Positions 8,322 through 18,154 of a stretch of DNA of 64,000 nt are shown here, in pieces. How positions within the stretch are numbered: the stretch's first letter is position 1; every line of letters begins with the position of its first letter. The position numbers and the translations under genes were made by a program. The DNA is from a virus: the IMG/VR virus record IMGVR_UViG_3300037467_003078, one strand, 5' to 3'. The notes under the pieces are model-generated. The model did no database searches and had not been told where the DNA came from. It saw only the letters and a program-made list of their open reading frames with translations.

Positions 8322-11300
8322 GACGCAAACTCCAACCTTTCTATTTCTTCTTGAATTTTATCTTGTTTGTCGTATAGTCCAAAAAGTTCGTTTGTTATAT
8401 CAACGATAAGGTCAGCGTCATCACCAAGTAGTTCCATAGTTTCTTCTATGTCTCTTATTGTAGCTTTAATTGACATTAGTTGTTCAAATAGTTCGTTTCG
8501 CATTAGATTCCTAGCAGATGTACGACTAACTTCCGTAATCTCTCTAGCGTTAATTTGAGCACTATCATTGAAGTAATCTATACTACCTTTGATGAACACC
8601 ACCTTTCCTTCTTTAATAGTGTTCTGTAGTATTTCATATTCTTTATTGAAGATAGTGCATTTAATGTCGCCTTGGTAAGCGTCCTCTAAAACGATACTAG
8701 CCATTTTCTTTCCTTCGTTTCTACCACGCTTGATAGTAATCTCTTTAACTTGTTTGATTACTCCACCAGTAATAACGAATTGTCCTTGAGGCAACATTTC
8801 ATATTCCATTTCAAGGTCTCCTGAATCAGAATACTTTAGAGTGTCTTCATTGAAAACCTGAGTCATCATAACAGGAACTCCGTTATTAATAATATCAGAA
8901 GAATGAGTTGTCTTACTTTGAATGTAGTCAATTAGTCCTTCAAGTGGGTGGTATGTCATATAGAATCCTGTTAGAGTTTTCTCTAGGATACATAGTTCAT
9001 CATGTGAGAACTCCTCTAATTCTTCTACTTCATAATTATAGAAAGGCTCATAGAAAACACTGATGTCTGATAGAGGTTTTTTTCTCTTTTTGTTGGCAGT
9101 GATTTTCTTTTTTACTTCGGAACTGATTGCAACTAAGTCCTCTGCAACTTGAACCATTGTTCTACGATTATATCCTAAGAAGTCGAATGCTCCTGCTTTT
9201 GCTAATGCAGTAATTACTGTTTTATTTACTGCTGAACCAGTCAACATAATAAAATCAGATAATGTTTTGAAAGCGTGTTTCTTTTTAACTTCTAGAATGT
9301 TTTCTACTGCTTTTGTTCCTACACCTTTAATTCCATTTAAACTAAAGTGAATACCTTTTCTGTCAGCAGATACTTCAAATTTAAGTGTACTTTGGTTAAC
9401 ATCAGGTGCTAATAGTTTAAGGTTTAATCGTCTACATTCATTAAGGTAAGGTACAATCTTTTCAATCTTCTCACCGATTAATGATGTTAACACACTAGCC
9501 ATGAAGAACTCAGGATAGTATGTCTTTAACCACATAGATTGATAGGCAACTGTCGCATAAGCAGTAGCATGTGATTTATTAAATCCGTATCTACCGAATG
9601 TTTCAATCTGATTCCAAATCTTAGTAGCTATTTCCTTGGGGTTCTGTCCATAAAGTGTGAATTGTGGATTGTTCATACAGCCATTAATAAATTTATCTCT
9701 TTGCTCCGGCATTTTTTCAAGTAGTTTCTTACCTACTACCTTACGCAATTCATCTGACTCAGGCAATGTAAAACCTGCTAGGTTTACTGAGGCGAACATT
9801 AGTTGTTCTTGATATACGAAAATTCCACATGTATTACTTTGAATGTCTTCAAGTAGTGGGTGGTCATATACTGTTTCTTGTTCTCCACTAGCACGAGCCA
9901 AGTAAACATCTACCATCGTCTTACCGAAGTTGGGGTCATTCTCGTCATCAATGATGTAGTCCAATGGACCTGGACGATACAAGGCATTTACAGCCGACAA
10001 GTCTTCTATGCTAGTCGGGTTCTGTTTTTTAAGTAGTGACTGCATACCATCTGACTCAAACTGGAAGATACCGAGTGATTCACCATCTTGGAACTTCTTG
10101 AATACTGCTTGGTCATTGAAGTCAATCTTATCAATATTAATGTATTCGCCTAGTTGCTCGTATATTGAGTTTGTTCCGTTTTTGATAACTGTTAAAGTTC
10201 TTAAACGAAGATAGTCCATCTTAACGAAACCTAGAACCTCTAACTCGACCATATCAAACTGTGCTGTTAGGTCTCCACCTCTACCTTTTAAAGGAATTAA
10301 GTCAGTAAGTGGGAAAGGTGAAATGATGATTCCAGCCGCATGTTGTGATGTATGGCGTTGTAATCCTTCTAGTCGAAGTGATGAATCAATGATACGCTTA
10401 AATTCTTCGTCTTCATCATACAATGTAGAGAACTCACTATACTTAGTTAATATGTCTTTAATCTTAATACCTAGGTCAGTTACCTTTTTAGTTAATGTAT
10501 TAATTGTTTGGTAGTCATATTTAAGTACTCGTGCTACATCTTTGATAACTGCCTTAGCAGATAAAGTACCATATGTACCAATCTTACATACTCTGTCGTG
10601 ACCATATTTATCTTTAGTGTAGTCAATAACCTCTTGGATTCTATCGTAACAGAAGTCAAGGTCAATATCGGGCATTGAGATACGGTGAGGGTTTAGGAAA
10701 CGCTCGAATAGTAAGTCATAGTGTAATGGGTCAATATCTGTAATACGAAGTGAGTAAGCTACCAATGAACCTGCACCTGAACCACGACCTTTGCCTACTG
10801 GAATATCTTGTTCCTTACAGAAACGCAATACGTCCCATAGGATAATAAAGTATGTTGGGAAACCCATGTTATTAATGACTTCCATTTCATACTCTAATCG
10901 TTTTTCATAGTCCTCTAGTGTATAGGTATCTAAATCTACTTCTCCTTCTGCTATACGGTCTTTTAAGCCTTCTCGTGATAGGTGTTGAAAGTAAGACTCT
11001 TTACTTGCGAATGGCATAGGGATTGGAAAATCAGGAAATAGATATTCTTTTGTTTTCCATTTGCCAACCAACTTACCTTTCTTTTCTTCCACTCCTTGAA
11101 GTGTAATAGCGTCAAATGTTACATTGCAACGGTCTACAATCTCTTGTGTGTTAATTAATGCTTGAATAGCCATGTCACCATAAGGGATAGCCACTTCTAA
11201 CATTTCTTCCGTAGACTTGACATAAAATTCGTCACAGGTAGAGAAACCTTCATCGAACTTATCATCATTCATAAATTCTTCGTAATCTTTACCTAATCCA

Positions 11301-12115
11301 TTAGCAAAGTGAATACGGTGGGTGTCAGCGTCAGACCTCCAAGTATAATGAGAGTCATTAGTCATAACTAGTTTTACGTTATGGTCTAATGCTAATTTCA
11401 TGACTAAAGGAGTTACTTGTTCTTCAATTCTTAAATCATGGTTCTGTATTTCAAGATAGTAGTTATCTCCAAATACATCTATGTACCATTTGTTTAACTC
11501 ATACGCTCTTTTTATTTCTTTTTCGGTGTACGCTTTCTTTTCTTCTTCTGTCTCGCCAACAGGATTACATGCTCTCTCGAAAGACTTAGCTATGTCTGTA
11601 CCAACGTGACCGTTGATTACAATAACACCTTCTTTGTACTCTCTTAAAAGTTCATAGTCCACTCGTGGCTTACCGTAGAAACCATCTGTGTTTGATAATG
11701 TAGTTAGCCTACAAAGGTTTTGGTATCCTTCAAAATTTTCTGCTAATAAAACTAAGTGAGAGATTTCATGTACGAAATCATCTTCAATAAATTCTTCTAC
11801 AATCATAAAGTCTGATTTTTGTTGTAACTGTCTAGCAAACGATAGATAAACTTCATTTCCTAGAAGTGGCTTAATATCATTTACTAAGCAAGCCTGATAA
11901 AAACGAAGTGCGTTGTGCATATTTCCGTGGTCGGTTATTGCACATGCTTTTGCACCAATCTCTTTTAATCTAGCAATCAAACTAGGTATATCATTCATAC
12001 CGTCAAGATGACTAGCGTCTGTATGTAAGTGTAGGTGGGTAAAACCTATCTCTAACAATATTTCTTTTAATTCTTCTATCCTGTCATTTGAGATTACATT
12101 AATTGTATCTAACAT
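8318..12115 (-). CDS. dnaE: DNA polymerase III alpha subunit (family C)
   Basis: PHP domain (HLHLHT, AITDHG, EIQNH, TNDSHY), catalytic MPDIDLDF, GFNKSHA, HhH region and C-terminal OB fold. Confidence 0.97.
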   Translation of the reverse strand: MLDTINVISNDRIEELKEILLEIGFTHLHLHTDASHLDGMNDIPSLIARLKEIGAKACAITDHGNMHNALRFYQACLVNDIKPLLGNEVYLSFARQLQQKSDFMIVEEFIEDDFVHEISHLVLLAENFEGYQNLCRLTTLSNTDGFYGKPRVDYELLREYKEGVIVINGHVGTDIAKSFERACNPVGETEEEKKAYTEKEIKRAYELNKWYIDVFGDNYYLEIQNHDLRIEEQVTPLVMKLALDHNVKLVMTNDSHYTWRSDADTHRIHFANGLGKDYEEFMNDDKFDEGFSTCDEFYVKSTEEMLEVAIPYGDMAIQALINTQEIVDRCNVTFDAITLQGVEEKKGKLVGKWKTKEYLFPDFPIPMPFASKESYFQHLSREGLKDRIAEGEVDLDTYTLEDYEKRLEYEMEVINNMGFPTYFIILWDVLRFCKEQDIPVGKGRGSGAGSLVAYSLRITDIDPLHYDLLFERFLNPHRISMPDIDLDFCYDRIQEVIDYTKDKYGHDRVCKIGTYGTLSAKAVIKDVARVLKYDYQTINTLTKKVTDLGIKIKDILTKYSEFSTLYDEDEEFKRIIDSSLRLEGLQRHTSQHAAGIIISPFPLTDLIPLKGRGGDLTAQFDMVELEVLGFVKMDYLRLRTLTVIKNGTNSIYEQLGEYINIDKIDFNDQAVFKKFQDGESLGIFQFESDGMQSLLKKQNPTSIEDLSAVNALYRPGPLDYIIDDENDPNFGKTMVDVYLARASGEQETVYDHPLLEDIQSNTCGIFVYQEQLMFASVNLAGFTLPESDELRKVVGKKLLEKMPEQRDKFINGCMNNPQFTLYGQNPKEIATKIWNQIETFGRYGFNKSHATAYATVAYQSMWLKTYYPEFFMASVLTSLIGEKIEKIVPYLNECRRLNLKLLAPDVNQSTLKFEVSADRKGIHFSLNGIKGVGTKAVENILEVKKKHAFKTLSDFIMLTGSAVNKTVITALAKAGAFDFLGYNRRTMVQVAEDLVAISSEVKKKITANKKRKKPLSDISVFYEPFYNYEVEELEEFSHDELCILEKTLTGFYMTYHPLEGLIDYIQSKTTHSSDIINNGVPVMMTQVFNEDTLKYSDSGDLEMEYEMLPQGQFVITGGVIKQVKEITIKRGRNEGKKMASIVLEDAYQGDIKCTIFNKEYEILQNTIKEGKVVFIKGSIDYFNDSAQINAREITEVSRTSARNLMRNELFEQLMSIKATIRDIEETMELLGDDADLIVDITNELFGLYDKQDKIQEEIERLEFAS

Positions 12116-12135
12116 GTGACCACCTCCATGCTTAT

Positions 12136-12167
12136 ATTATACTTGTTTTATAAAATAAAGTCAAGGG
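12136..12167 (-). promoter_or_regulatory. sigmaA-type promoter for dnaE-sigma
   Basis: CCC-TTGACT-N17-TATAAT. Confidence 0.88.
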
Positions 12168-12175
12168 TAAACGCA

Positions 12176-12202
12176 GAAAAAAGAGGGCATAGAGACCCTC
12201 TT
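12176..12202 (-). terminator. Intrinsic terminator
   Basis: AAGAGGG-N8-CCCUCUU followed by a U run. Confidence 0.8.
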
Positions 12203-12788
12203 AAAATGTATCTGCAACAGGTGGTTCATTTGTTGTTAATAAGTCTGTTTGGACAGGATTAACAACTACTTGTTCATTTTTATATTGAACTACTACTTCG
12301 CAACCAACAATAGCTTTTTTATACATCGTATATTCTGCCATGAACTTCTGTGCATTGAATGTGAACATTCCTGCATAATCATCAATCTGAGCAGTGCCTT
12401 GTGCATTACCACTAGAGGCTATGAACTGAGTCATATCTTGATAACGCTTTTTCAACCAATCTAGCAAACGCTCTACTAGTTGAACATGAGTACCGTCTAC
12501 TGCACTCTCATACATTGAACGAGTATAATCTAGATTTCCTCTTTTATACTCAGTTATAACATTTAGACATTCCTCTACTGTTCTTAGCATAGCGAGTCTT
12601 TGCTGTAACTTAGTGAAGTCCATTATTACATACGGATTATAGTTTACATGACCTGATGGATTGTCGATAAAGCCTTGAAGATTGTTTCCTTCATTCTTTA
12701 CCCACCCATAAAGTACGAATGTAATATCAGGTGCAACTAAGTCCATATGCTCTAGCATTTCTGTTCTTGATACTGCCATTACCAACAC
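12201..12788 (-). CDS. Hypothetical protein
   Basis: 195-aa ORF in an operon context; ends at a clear terminator. Confidence 0.7.
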   Translation of the reverse strand: MLVMAVSRTEMLEHMDLVAPDITFVLYGWVKNEGNNLQGFIDNPSGHVNYNPYVIMDFTKLQQRLAMLRTVEECLNVITEYKRGNLDYTRSMYESAVDGTHVQLVERLLDWLKKRYQDMTQFIASSGNAQGTAQIDDYAGMFTFNAQKFMAEYTMYKKAIVGCEVVVQYKNEQVVVNPVQTDLLTTNEPPVADTF

Positions 12789-12791
12789 TCC

Positions 12792-13403
12792 TTATTTCAG
12801 CGTATCGACAACAATCTTAGACCAATTCTCTAACTTGTCATAAATTTCTTTGTGTTTTAATGTACTTAGATTAACAAAGTCACCTTCTAGTTGGTCTTCT
12901 TCTTTAACTTTTACGATAGTTCCTTCGGGAACATCAATGACAACTAAAATACAAATATGTACACGACCTACTTCGTCTTCATCATCATTAATAAAGCCTA
13001 CTATGTTAATGTCTAAATCGTCTGTATCAATATGTAATTCTTCATCTAACTCTCGTTCTAAATTTGTCTTTAGTGACTCCATAAACTTAGGGCTATCAAA
13101 ATTCATATGTCCACCTACACCTACAGATAACTTATCATGTAATTTAGTCTCTCCACCACCTGATAGTCGTCTGTATAAGAAGATTTGTTCTCCTCTACGA
13201 ATAACTGCATATGGAATAGGTTGTTTAAAACCTTCGTTTACCTCAGCGTCACCTCTACGCATTACACCGAAATTATTTTGAATATTATCTTCTAGTTTCT
13301 TCAACACATCAAATCGTGTCTCAGTTCCTTGAAACGTCAGATTACCAAAATCAAAAAGTGCTTTTCTTGGTACTACAATAATTTGTTCGTCCATTTTATT
13401 CAT
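12792..13403 (-). CDS. NUDIX-like phosphoesterase (YmaB-like)
   Basis: KQPIPY, SVGVGGHMN and a Nudix-box-like ERELDEEL. Confidence 0.8.
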   Translation of the reverse strand: MNKMDEQIIVVPRKALFDFGNLTFQGTETRFDVLKKLEDNIQNNFGVMRRGDAEVNEGFKQPIPYAVIRRGEQIFLYRRLSGGGETKLHDKLSVGVGGHMNFDSPKFMESLKTNLERELDEELHIDTDDLDINIVGFINDDEDEVGRVHICILVVIDVPEGTIVKVKEEDQLEGDFVNLSTLKHKEIYDKLENWSKIVVDTLK

Positions 13404-13404
13404 A

Positions 13405-13737
13405 CTACATTCCTCCTAAAGTTAGCAATCTAGTAATATCCTCAGGTTTATGTCCGTCCCACTCAGGGGCAAACTCAACCTCTTTCACATTAAAATATTT
13501 CCAATTATCAATGTGGTAATGATATGTATACTCTCCTTCATCAGTTGTCACTCCAACAATAAAGTAGTTATCATACATAGTTCCATCATCATGTAGCCTT
13601 GACTTCCACGCTCTATCTTTATTCTGATTACATATTACAGAAAAAAGAATCATTCTGTGATTATATAGTTCATCGAATGTGTGGTATCCATCATCTATCT
13701 GACCTTTATGCTCTACATTAAATGTAAACTTTGGCAT
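13405..13737 (-). CDS. Conserved phage protein (WDGH-motif type)
   Basis: DGYHTFDELYNHR...WKSRLH.DG...YHY...APEWDGH pattern recognised from conserved phage proteins. Confidence 0.7.
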   Translation of the reverse strand: MPKFTFNVEHKGQIDDGYHTFDELYNHRMILFSVICNQNKDRAWKSRLHDDGTMYDNYFIVGVTTDEGEYTYHYHIDNWKYFNVKEVEFAPEWDGHKPEDITRLLTLGGM

Positions 13738-13756
13738 TTGCTATCCTCCTTTACCT

Positions 13757-13784
13757 AAAAAAGCAAGTAGCCAATTAAGGCTAC
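13757..13784 (-). terminator. Intrinsic terminator
   Basis: GUAGCC-UUAAUU-GGCUAC followed by UUGCUUUUUU. Confidence 0.7.
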
Positions 13785-13785
13785 C

Positions 13786-14007
13786 TTACTTCATTGCACG
13801 AACTTGTTCAATAGTTAAGCCATTTTGTTTAGCCCAAACCTGTGCCTCTTGACGAGCCTCAACAAGTAATGCGTCCTCGATAGTTGTAATGTACGATTTC
13901 TTTCCATCAGTAGCGACCACATAAAAATTCTTACGAAGATTTACTTTAGTTTCTGCGAAATTGTTTTCCATACGCTTTCCTGTGTTCATTGAAAATTTTA
14001 CTGACAT
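13786..14007 (-). CDS. Hypothetical protein
   Basis: GGAG RBS; followed by a terminator. Confidence 0.6.
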   Translation of the reverse strand: MSVKFSMNTGKRMENNFAETKVNLRKNFYVVATDGKKSYITTIEDALLVEARQEAQVWAKQNGLTIEQVRAMK

Positions 14008-14034
14008 AATATCACTCCTAATGTTTATGTATGA

Positions 14035-14349
14035 TTAAGCCTTAATTACTTCTAATACAGTTGCAACTGGATAATACTTTCCGTCTTTTTGTGACTTCTG
14101 CATATCATAAGAGCACAATAATTCTACTTCATCTCCATCTTGGATATGAGCCAACTCGTCTGCTTGTTCTTTAAATGCACGAATATCCATACGCTTAGTA
14201 ATCATGTTGCCATTGATTTCGACTTCTGCCTCTACTCGACAACCTACGAAGAATGAACTTCCTGATTCAGATACATCGTAACGAATAGGGAATTTCTCGT
14301 GTGCGTCCTTTGCGATTCCTTTGATTGTCATGTTAATAAAATGTGCCAT
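14035..14349 (-). CDS. ssb: Single-stranded DNA-binding protein-like OB fold (short, no acidic tail)
   Basis: Pattern matches SSB (IKG...IRY..SESG..F...DIRAFKEQADEL..IQDGDEV....DGKYY); located in the replication module. Confidence 0.6.
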   Translation of the reverse strand: MAHFINMTIKGIAKDAHEKFPIRYDVSESGSSFFVGCRVEAEVEINGNMITKRMDIRAFKEQADELAHIQDGDEVELLCSYDMQKSQKDGKYYPVATVLEVIKA

Positions 14350-14395
14350 ATTAGCAACGCCTCCAATAGTTTTAATTAATTTGTATTACATTTAT

Positions 14396-14427
14396 ATTAT
14401 AACTTACTTGCACTATAAAGTCAAGGG
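14396..14427 (-). promoter_or_regulatory. sigmaA-type promoter for ssb
   Basis: CCC-TTGACT-N17-TATAAT. Confidence 0.85.
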
Positions 14428-14637
14428 TTATTTTTTCTCATTAAAAGTTTCTTTTAAATCTTTATACAACATATATGCACAGAATAAAGCAGGTAATCCA
14501 TATAGTGCCAATCCAAAATAGAATCCTGAATTTTTTTCAGCACCTTGAGAATCTAATATAAAATGATATAATTTGCTTGACATAAATCCGAATAAGAAAG
14601 CGAAAATACCATATGGTATGAATTTCATAAGTTTCAT
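14428..14637 (-). CDS. Small membrane protein (2 TM)
   Basis: Two hydrophobic segments; GAGGAG RBS. Confidence 0.6.
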   Translation of the reverse strand: MKLMKFIPYGIFAFLFGFMSSKLYHFILDSQGAEKNSGFYFGLALYGLPALFCAYMLYKDLKETFNEKK

Positions 14638-14651
14638 ACTAACAACTCCTC

Positions 14652-14888
14652 TTATTTATTTTTCTTAAAGAATCTGTTTTTAACATTCTTGTAAACTAAC
14701 CAAATTTCTAACAATGAAAGAAATAAATAGAATACACTCCAAACATAATCCTTATCGAACCAAGATTCAAAAATCGAAAAAGTAAAGATTACTGCAAATA
14801 ATCCATAAAATATAATATTAAACCATGTTCCTCGTGTTTCGTTTTGAACCACTTCTACCTCTAATTTTATTTTCTTAGGTTTTTTCAA
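14652..14888 (-). CDS. Small membrane protein (2 TM)
   Basis: Two hydrophobic segments with basic ends; downstream of a consensus promoter. Confidence 0.6.
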   Translation of the reverse strand: MKKPKKIKLEVEVVQNETRGTWFNIIFYGLFAVIFTFSIFESWFDKDYVWSVFYLFLSLLEIWLVYKNVKNRFFKKNK

Positions 14889-14920
14889 ACGATAACATCT
14901 CCTCTTTGTAATATATTTAT

Positions 14921-14951
14921 ATTATAGTACAAGACCTGATAAAAGTCAAGG
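14921..14951 (-). promoter_or_regulatory. sigmaA-type promoter for the two small membrane genes
   Basis: CC-TTGACT-N17-TATAAT. Confidence 0.85.
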
Positions 14952-14952
14952 A

Positions 14953-16140
14953 CTATCTCGTTTTCTTTTCTCCAATATATTTTATTGGGTCAGAAACACA
15001 AAGCCATGCCTCCTCGAATGATAAATTATCAGGGTCTTTACCAATAGGTAAACTTAAAGTATACACATCTACATATGGCTTTAATTGTTCGCATATTCTT
15101 CTAGAGCCTACTTGTCCTGCTCCATCTGAATCTAACATCACATAAACCTTTAGAGTGCTTGATACTGCTAAAGAAAGCTGTTCAGGTGTTAAGGCACTAC
15201 CCATCACTGCAACAGCATTGTGTATGCCATGTGACCACAATCTGATAGCGTCAAAAGGACCTTCTACAAGAATTAACTCTTTGCTTTCTCTTACAAATTC
15301 TTTAGCCTTATCATAGTTATACAATACAAAGCCTTTATCAAAATCTAATTTATGTTGCCATTTGTTAAACTTTTTAATCGCACTCTTATCGTCTGTAGCT
15401 AGTCTTCCTGACCAACCTACTAACTGACCAAGGTCATCACGAACAGGAATTACTACCCTACCCATGAAGTCTCTTTTTCTAGAATGATATGGCTCGTCTA
15501 TTCCATCGGGAGAATATCCTATTTGAAATGTCTCTAGTATTTCATCATCAAAGTTACGAGTTTCAACATAGTCATAAGCAATAGGTAATTGTGCTTGGAA
15601 TATTTCAATATCCTCCTCGTTGAATACATCTAGTTCTACGTCTTGGTTTACCTTCGCCATCTCTCTAATCCATCTTTGGTTAGCTAGTTTATCTGAGATA
15701 TTCTTATCATAAGTAATACCTTTTTCTAGTTCTATTCCTGCGATTTCAGAGGCAATCTTTAGTGCAAGATTGAATCCACATTTAAATCCTTTCCTGCCTT
15801 CCTCGTATGCTTTCTTTTCCTCCATCAATTTGATAAACATGAATAGGTCTCTAGGAACTGTACTGCGACCACCTTTGGGAGTCCAAAACCAATCCTCAGG
15901 TTTTGTTCCACAGTGACCTGTAAAGCATGTGAATTGCTTTGTGTTTAAATCGAAGGAGAACCCTGTTGGGTTATCTCCTCCATGAATAGGACAGGCACAA
16001 CGCACCTTATCATATTTGATGTTTCTGCTTGGAATTTCAGCACCATAATGTTCAAGGAGCAATATTGGGTCAATTTGTTCTCTGATATGCTCTTTTATTA
16101 GACTATAATCTTTCATTTCTACTCTTGCCACACCTACCAC
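14953..16140 (-). CDS. dnaG: DNA primase
   Basis: Zn finger CPIH...CFTGHC; TOPRIM motifs LVEGPFD and MLDSDGAG. Confidence 0.93.
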   Translation of the reverse strand: MVGVARVEMKDYSLIKEHIREQIDPILLLEHYGAEIPSRNIKYDKVRCACPIHGGDNPTGFSFDLNTKQFTCFTGHCGTKPEDWFWTPKGGRSTVPRDLFMFIKLMEEKKAYEEGRKGFKCGFNLALKIASEIAGIELEKGITYDKNISDKLANQRWIREMAKVNQDVELDVFNEEDIEIFQAQLPIAYDYVETRNFDDEILETFQIGYSPDGIDEPYHSRKRDFMGRVVIPVRDDLGQLVGWSGRLATDDKSAIKKFNKWQHKLDFDKGFVLYNYDKAKEFVRESKELILVEGPFDAIRLWSHGIHNAVAVMGSALTPEQLSLAVSSTLKVYVMLDSDGAGQVGSRRICEQLKPYVDVYTLSLPIGKDPDNLSFEEAWLCVSDPIKYIGEKKTR

Positions 16141-16144
16141 TCCT

Positions 16145-17578
16145 TTATCCTTCTAGTGCGAGATTTCTCAATTCGTTCATCTTAGCCACACCTTTTGATA
16201 CAGTGAAGTCTATCCATGACTCGTATGCTCCTCCATTTCTAGTCTCTCCTAGTTTCCAAATACGATTTCCATTTCCTTGACCATGTTCAGCTATTTCGCT
16301 GTCAGTCTTTCTTCTTAGAAATGATAGTTCGTTTACGAACATAACAATTCGATTAGAACCTGACATGTGAGATGAATTAATATCGTCTGAATTATATCCA
16401 GTACGAGGGTTAATCTGTGCATATGCTAATACTGGAATATTCATAGCACCTGCAATCTTATTCTTCAACATATTAGTAATTTGTCCTAATACAACATACT
16501 CTTGTTGATTTCCTTTAAAAGAACCTTCGTCCATTTTGATATAGTCAAAGACTAATACAAATTGATTTTCAAATCCATTCCATGTTACACCGTATTGTCT
16601 TTGGAACTTTCTTGCTAGGTTATGTATTTTCTCAGGACTAAAGTCAGGCATATACACATGGTAGAAAGGTGCGTTCTTTAACATTGGTTTTGCATAGTCA
16701 TCTACTGCCTCTTTCATTTTTGCATTACGAGAATACATACCAGTTGTAACCAATCTCTCAGGGACAGTAAAACCACTGTCAGTTGCTAAAATAGAAACTC
16801 CTCGGTCAATTTGTTCCTCAGTAGGCATTTCAGTATCAATGTATAATACAGGAATACCTTCATTAACTGCTACATTAAGTGCTATATTTAAGGCATGAGC
16901 AGACTTACCTGTTTTAGGTGGTGAGGCTACTACTTTTAATCTTCCGGGAACTAGTCCACCAGTTGCTCTATCATACTCCTTAAATCCAGTTGGGATACCT
17001 AGAATTTCTCGTGGTGTCTTCTCACGCTTTTCTAGTACTATATCAACCATATCACCAATACGAACAACTTCATTTGTATTGTTCTCTACACGCATTACAA
17101 TATCAAGGAATTTCTCCTCTTGTCTAGCTACGAAAGCGTCAGCGTCTTCTTCCTCATTATGTACAGCCTCCTCAATAACTGAGACAGCTTTTAAAAATGA
17201 TTCTCTACGAACACTAGCTTGCTTTACTCGTTCCATGAAGAACTTTAAGTTTTCCACTCCTGCGTCTGTCTTAGATACCATTTGCAAGTATGTCATTCCA
17301 CCGATTTCTTCTTCAATGCCACTATTCTGTGCTAATGCGTGGATAATCATTGGATTTACTTTTCCGATATTTGCGTGCTTATTATCTAAGATTGTAAGCA
17401 TGATTTGATATACATATTTATTAGCTTGATTTGTAAAATCCTCAGGTGCTAACTCTACTGTAATATCAAATAATGTTTCAGGGTCATTCATAGCGATACT
17501 TAGTATTGCTCTCTCTGCTCCTACATGGCTAATTGAATCCAACTGTCTTTGAATATCTTCATTATGTAATAAACTCAC
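16145..17578 (-). CDS. dnaB: Replicative DNA helicase
   Basis: DnaB N-terminal AERAILS; Walker A PPKTGKS; YIDTEM, VFDYIK and AQIN motifs. Confidence 0.92.
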   Translation of the reverse strand: MSLLHNEDIQRQLDSISHVGAERAILSIAMNDPETLFDITVELAPEDFTNQANKYVYQIMLTILDNKHANIGKVNPMIIHALAQNSGIEEEIGGMTYLQMVSKTDAGVENLKFFMERVKQASVRRESFLKAVSVIEEAVHNEEEDADAFVARQEEKFLDIVMRVENNTNEVVRIGDMVDIVLEKREKTPREILGIPTGFKEYDRATGGLVPGRLKVVASPPKTGKSAHALNIALNVAVNEGIPVLYIDTEMPTEEQIDRGVSILATDSGFTVPERLVTTGMYSRNAKMKEAVDDYAKPMLKNAPFYHVYMPDFSPEKIHNLARKFQRQYGVTWNGFENQFVLVFDYIKMDEGSFKGNQQEYVVLGQITNMLKNKIAGAMNIPVLAYAQINPRTGYNSDDINSSHMSGSNRIVMFVNELSFLRRKTDSEIAEHGQGNGNRIWKLGETRNGGAYESWIDFTVSKGVAKMNELRNLALEG

Positions 17579-17609
17579 AATACCACACTCCTCTTTATCT
17601 TATATATAT

Positions 17610-17640
17610 CTTATAACGAATTGCTTAAACGTGTCAAGGG
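17610..17640 (-). promoter_or_regulatory. Probable promoter for dnaB-dnaG
   Basis: CCC-TTGACA-N16-TATAAG (imperfect). Confidence 0.6.
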
Positions 17641-17655
17641 GAAAATCCCCTCGAT

Positions 17656-18144
17656 TTAACTTCCATCTGTATATTTATGTAAATTTTTATTTCTTCCTTC
17701 TAATCTACGGTCATCATAGATTTTCTTTAATACATTTAATTTCTCTACGATAGGGTCTGCAAGTTTCTTTTTAAGAGTAGCCTCTATTATAGCTTGTTGC
17801 CATAAATCGAACTTTAATTTCAGTTTATCATTTAATGTAGAGGCGAATATCCATCTTTCTTCCACCGACCTAATTTTACTATCCATTACCATCGGTAGTG
17901 CTTCGACTTTAAATGAATTGCTTAACTCAATCTCTCTAGCCTCAGCTATATTAACTTCTTGTTGTACATATAGAGCCTGCTGTGCTAGTATTCCTAGATA
18001 AGATTCAAGCGTGACTATTTCCATTCCATAGTACTCGAACTCCTCCATATTGATTATCTTTCCAATAACATTAGAGTCTACTCGTTCAGCACTGAATACA
18101 CCTTTTTCTCTCAGTTCTGCTACTTTCTTATCGACATAAGCCAT
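17656..18144 (-). CDS. Helical protein, possible UvsY-like recombination mediator
   Basis: All-alpha coiled-coil pattern; immediately downstream of recA. The function is inferred from context only. Confidence 0.35.
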   Translation of the reverse strand: MAYVDKKVAELREKGVFSAERVDSNVIGKIINMEEFEYYGMEIVTLESYLGILAQQALYVQQEVNIAEAREIELSNSFKVEALPMVMDSKIRSVEERWIFASTLNDKLKLKFDLWQQAIIEATLKKKLADPIVEKLNVLKKIYDDRRLEGRNKNLHKYTDGS

Positions 18145-18154
18145 TATGTATCAC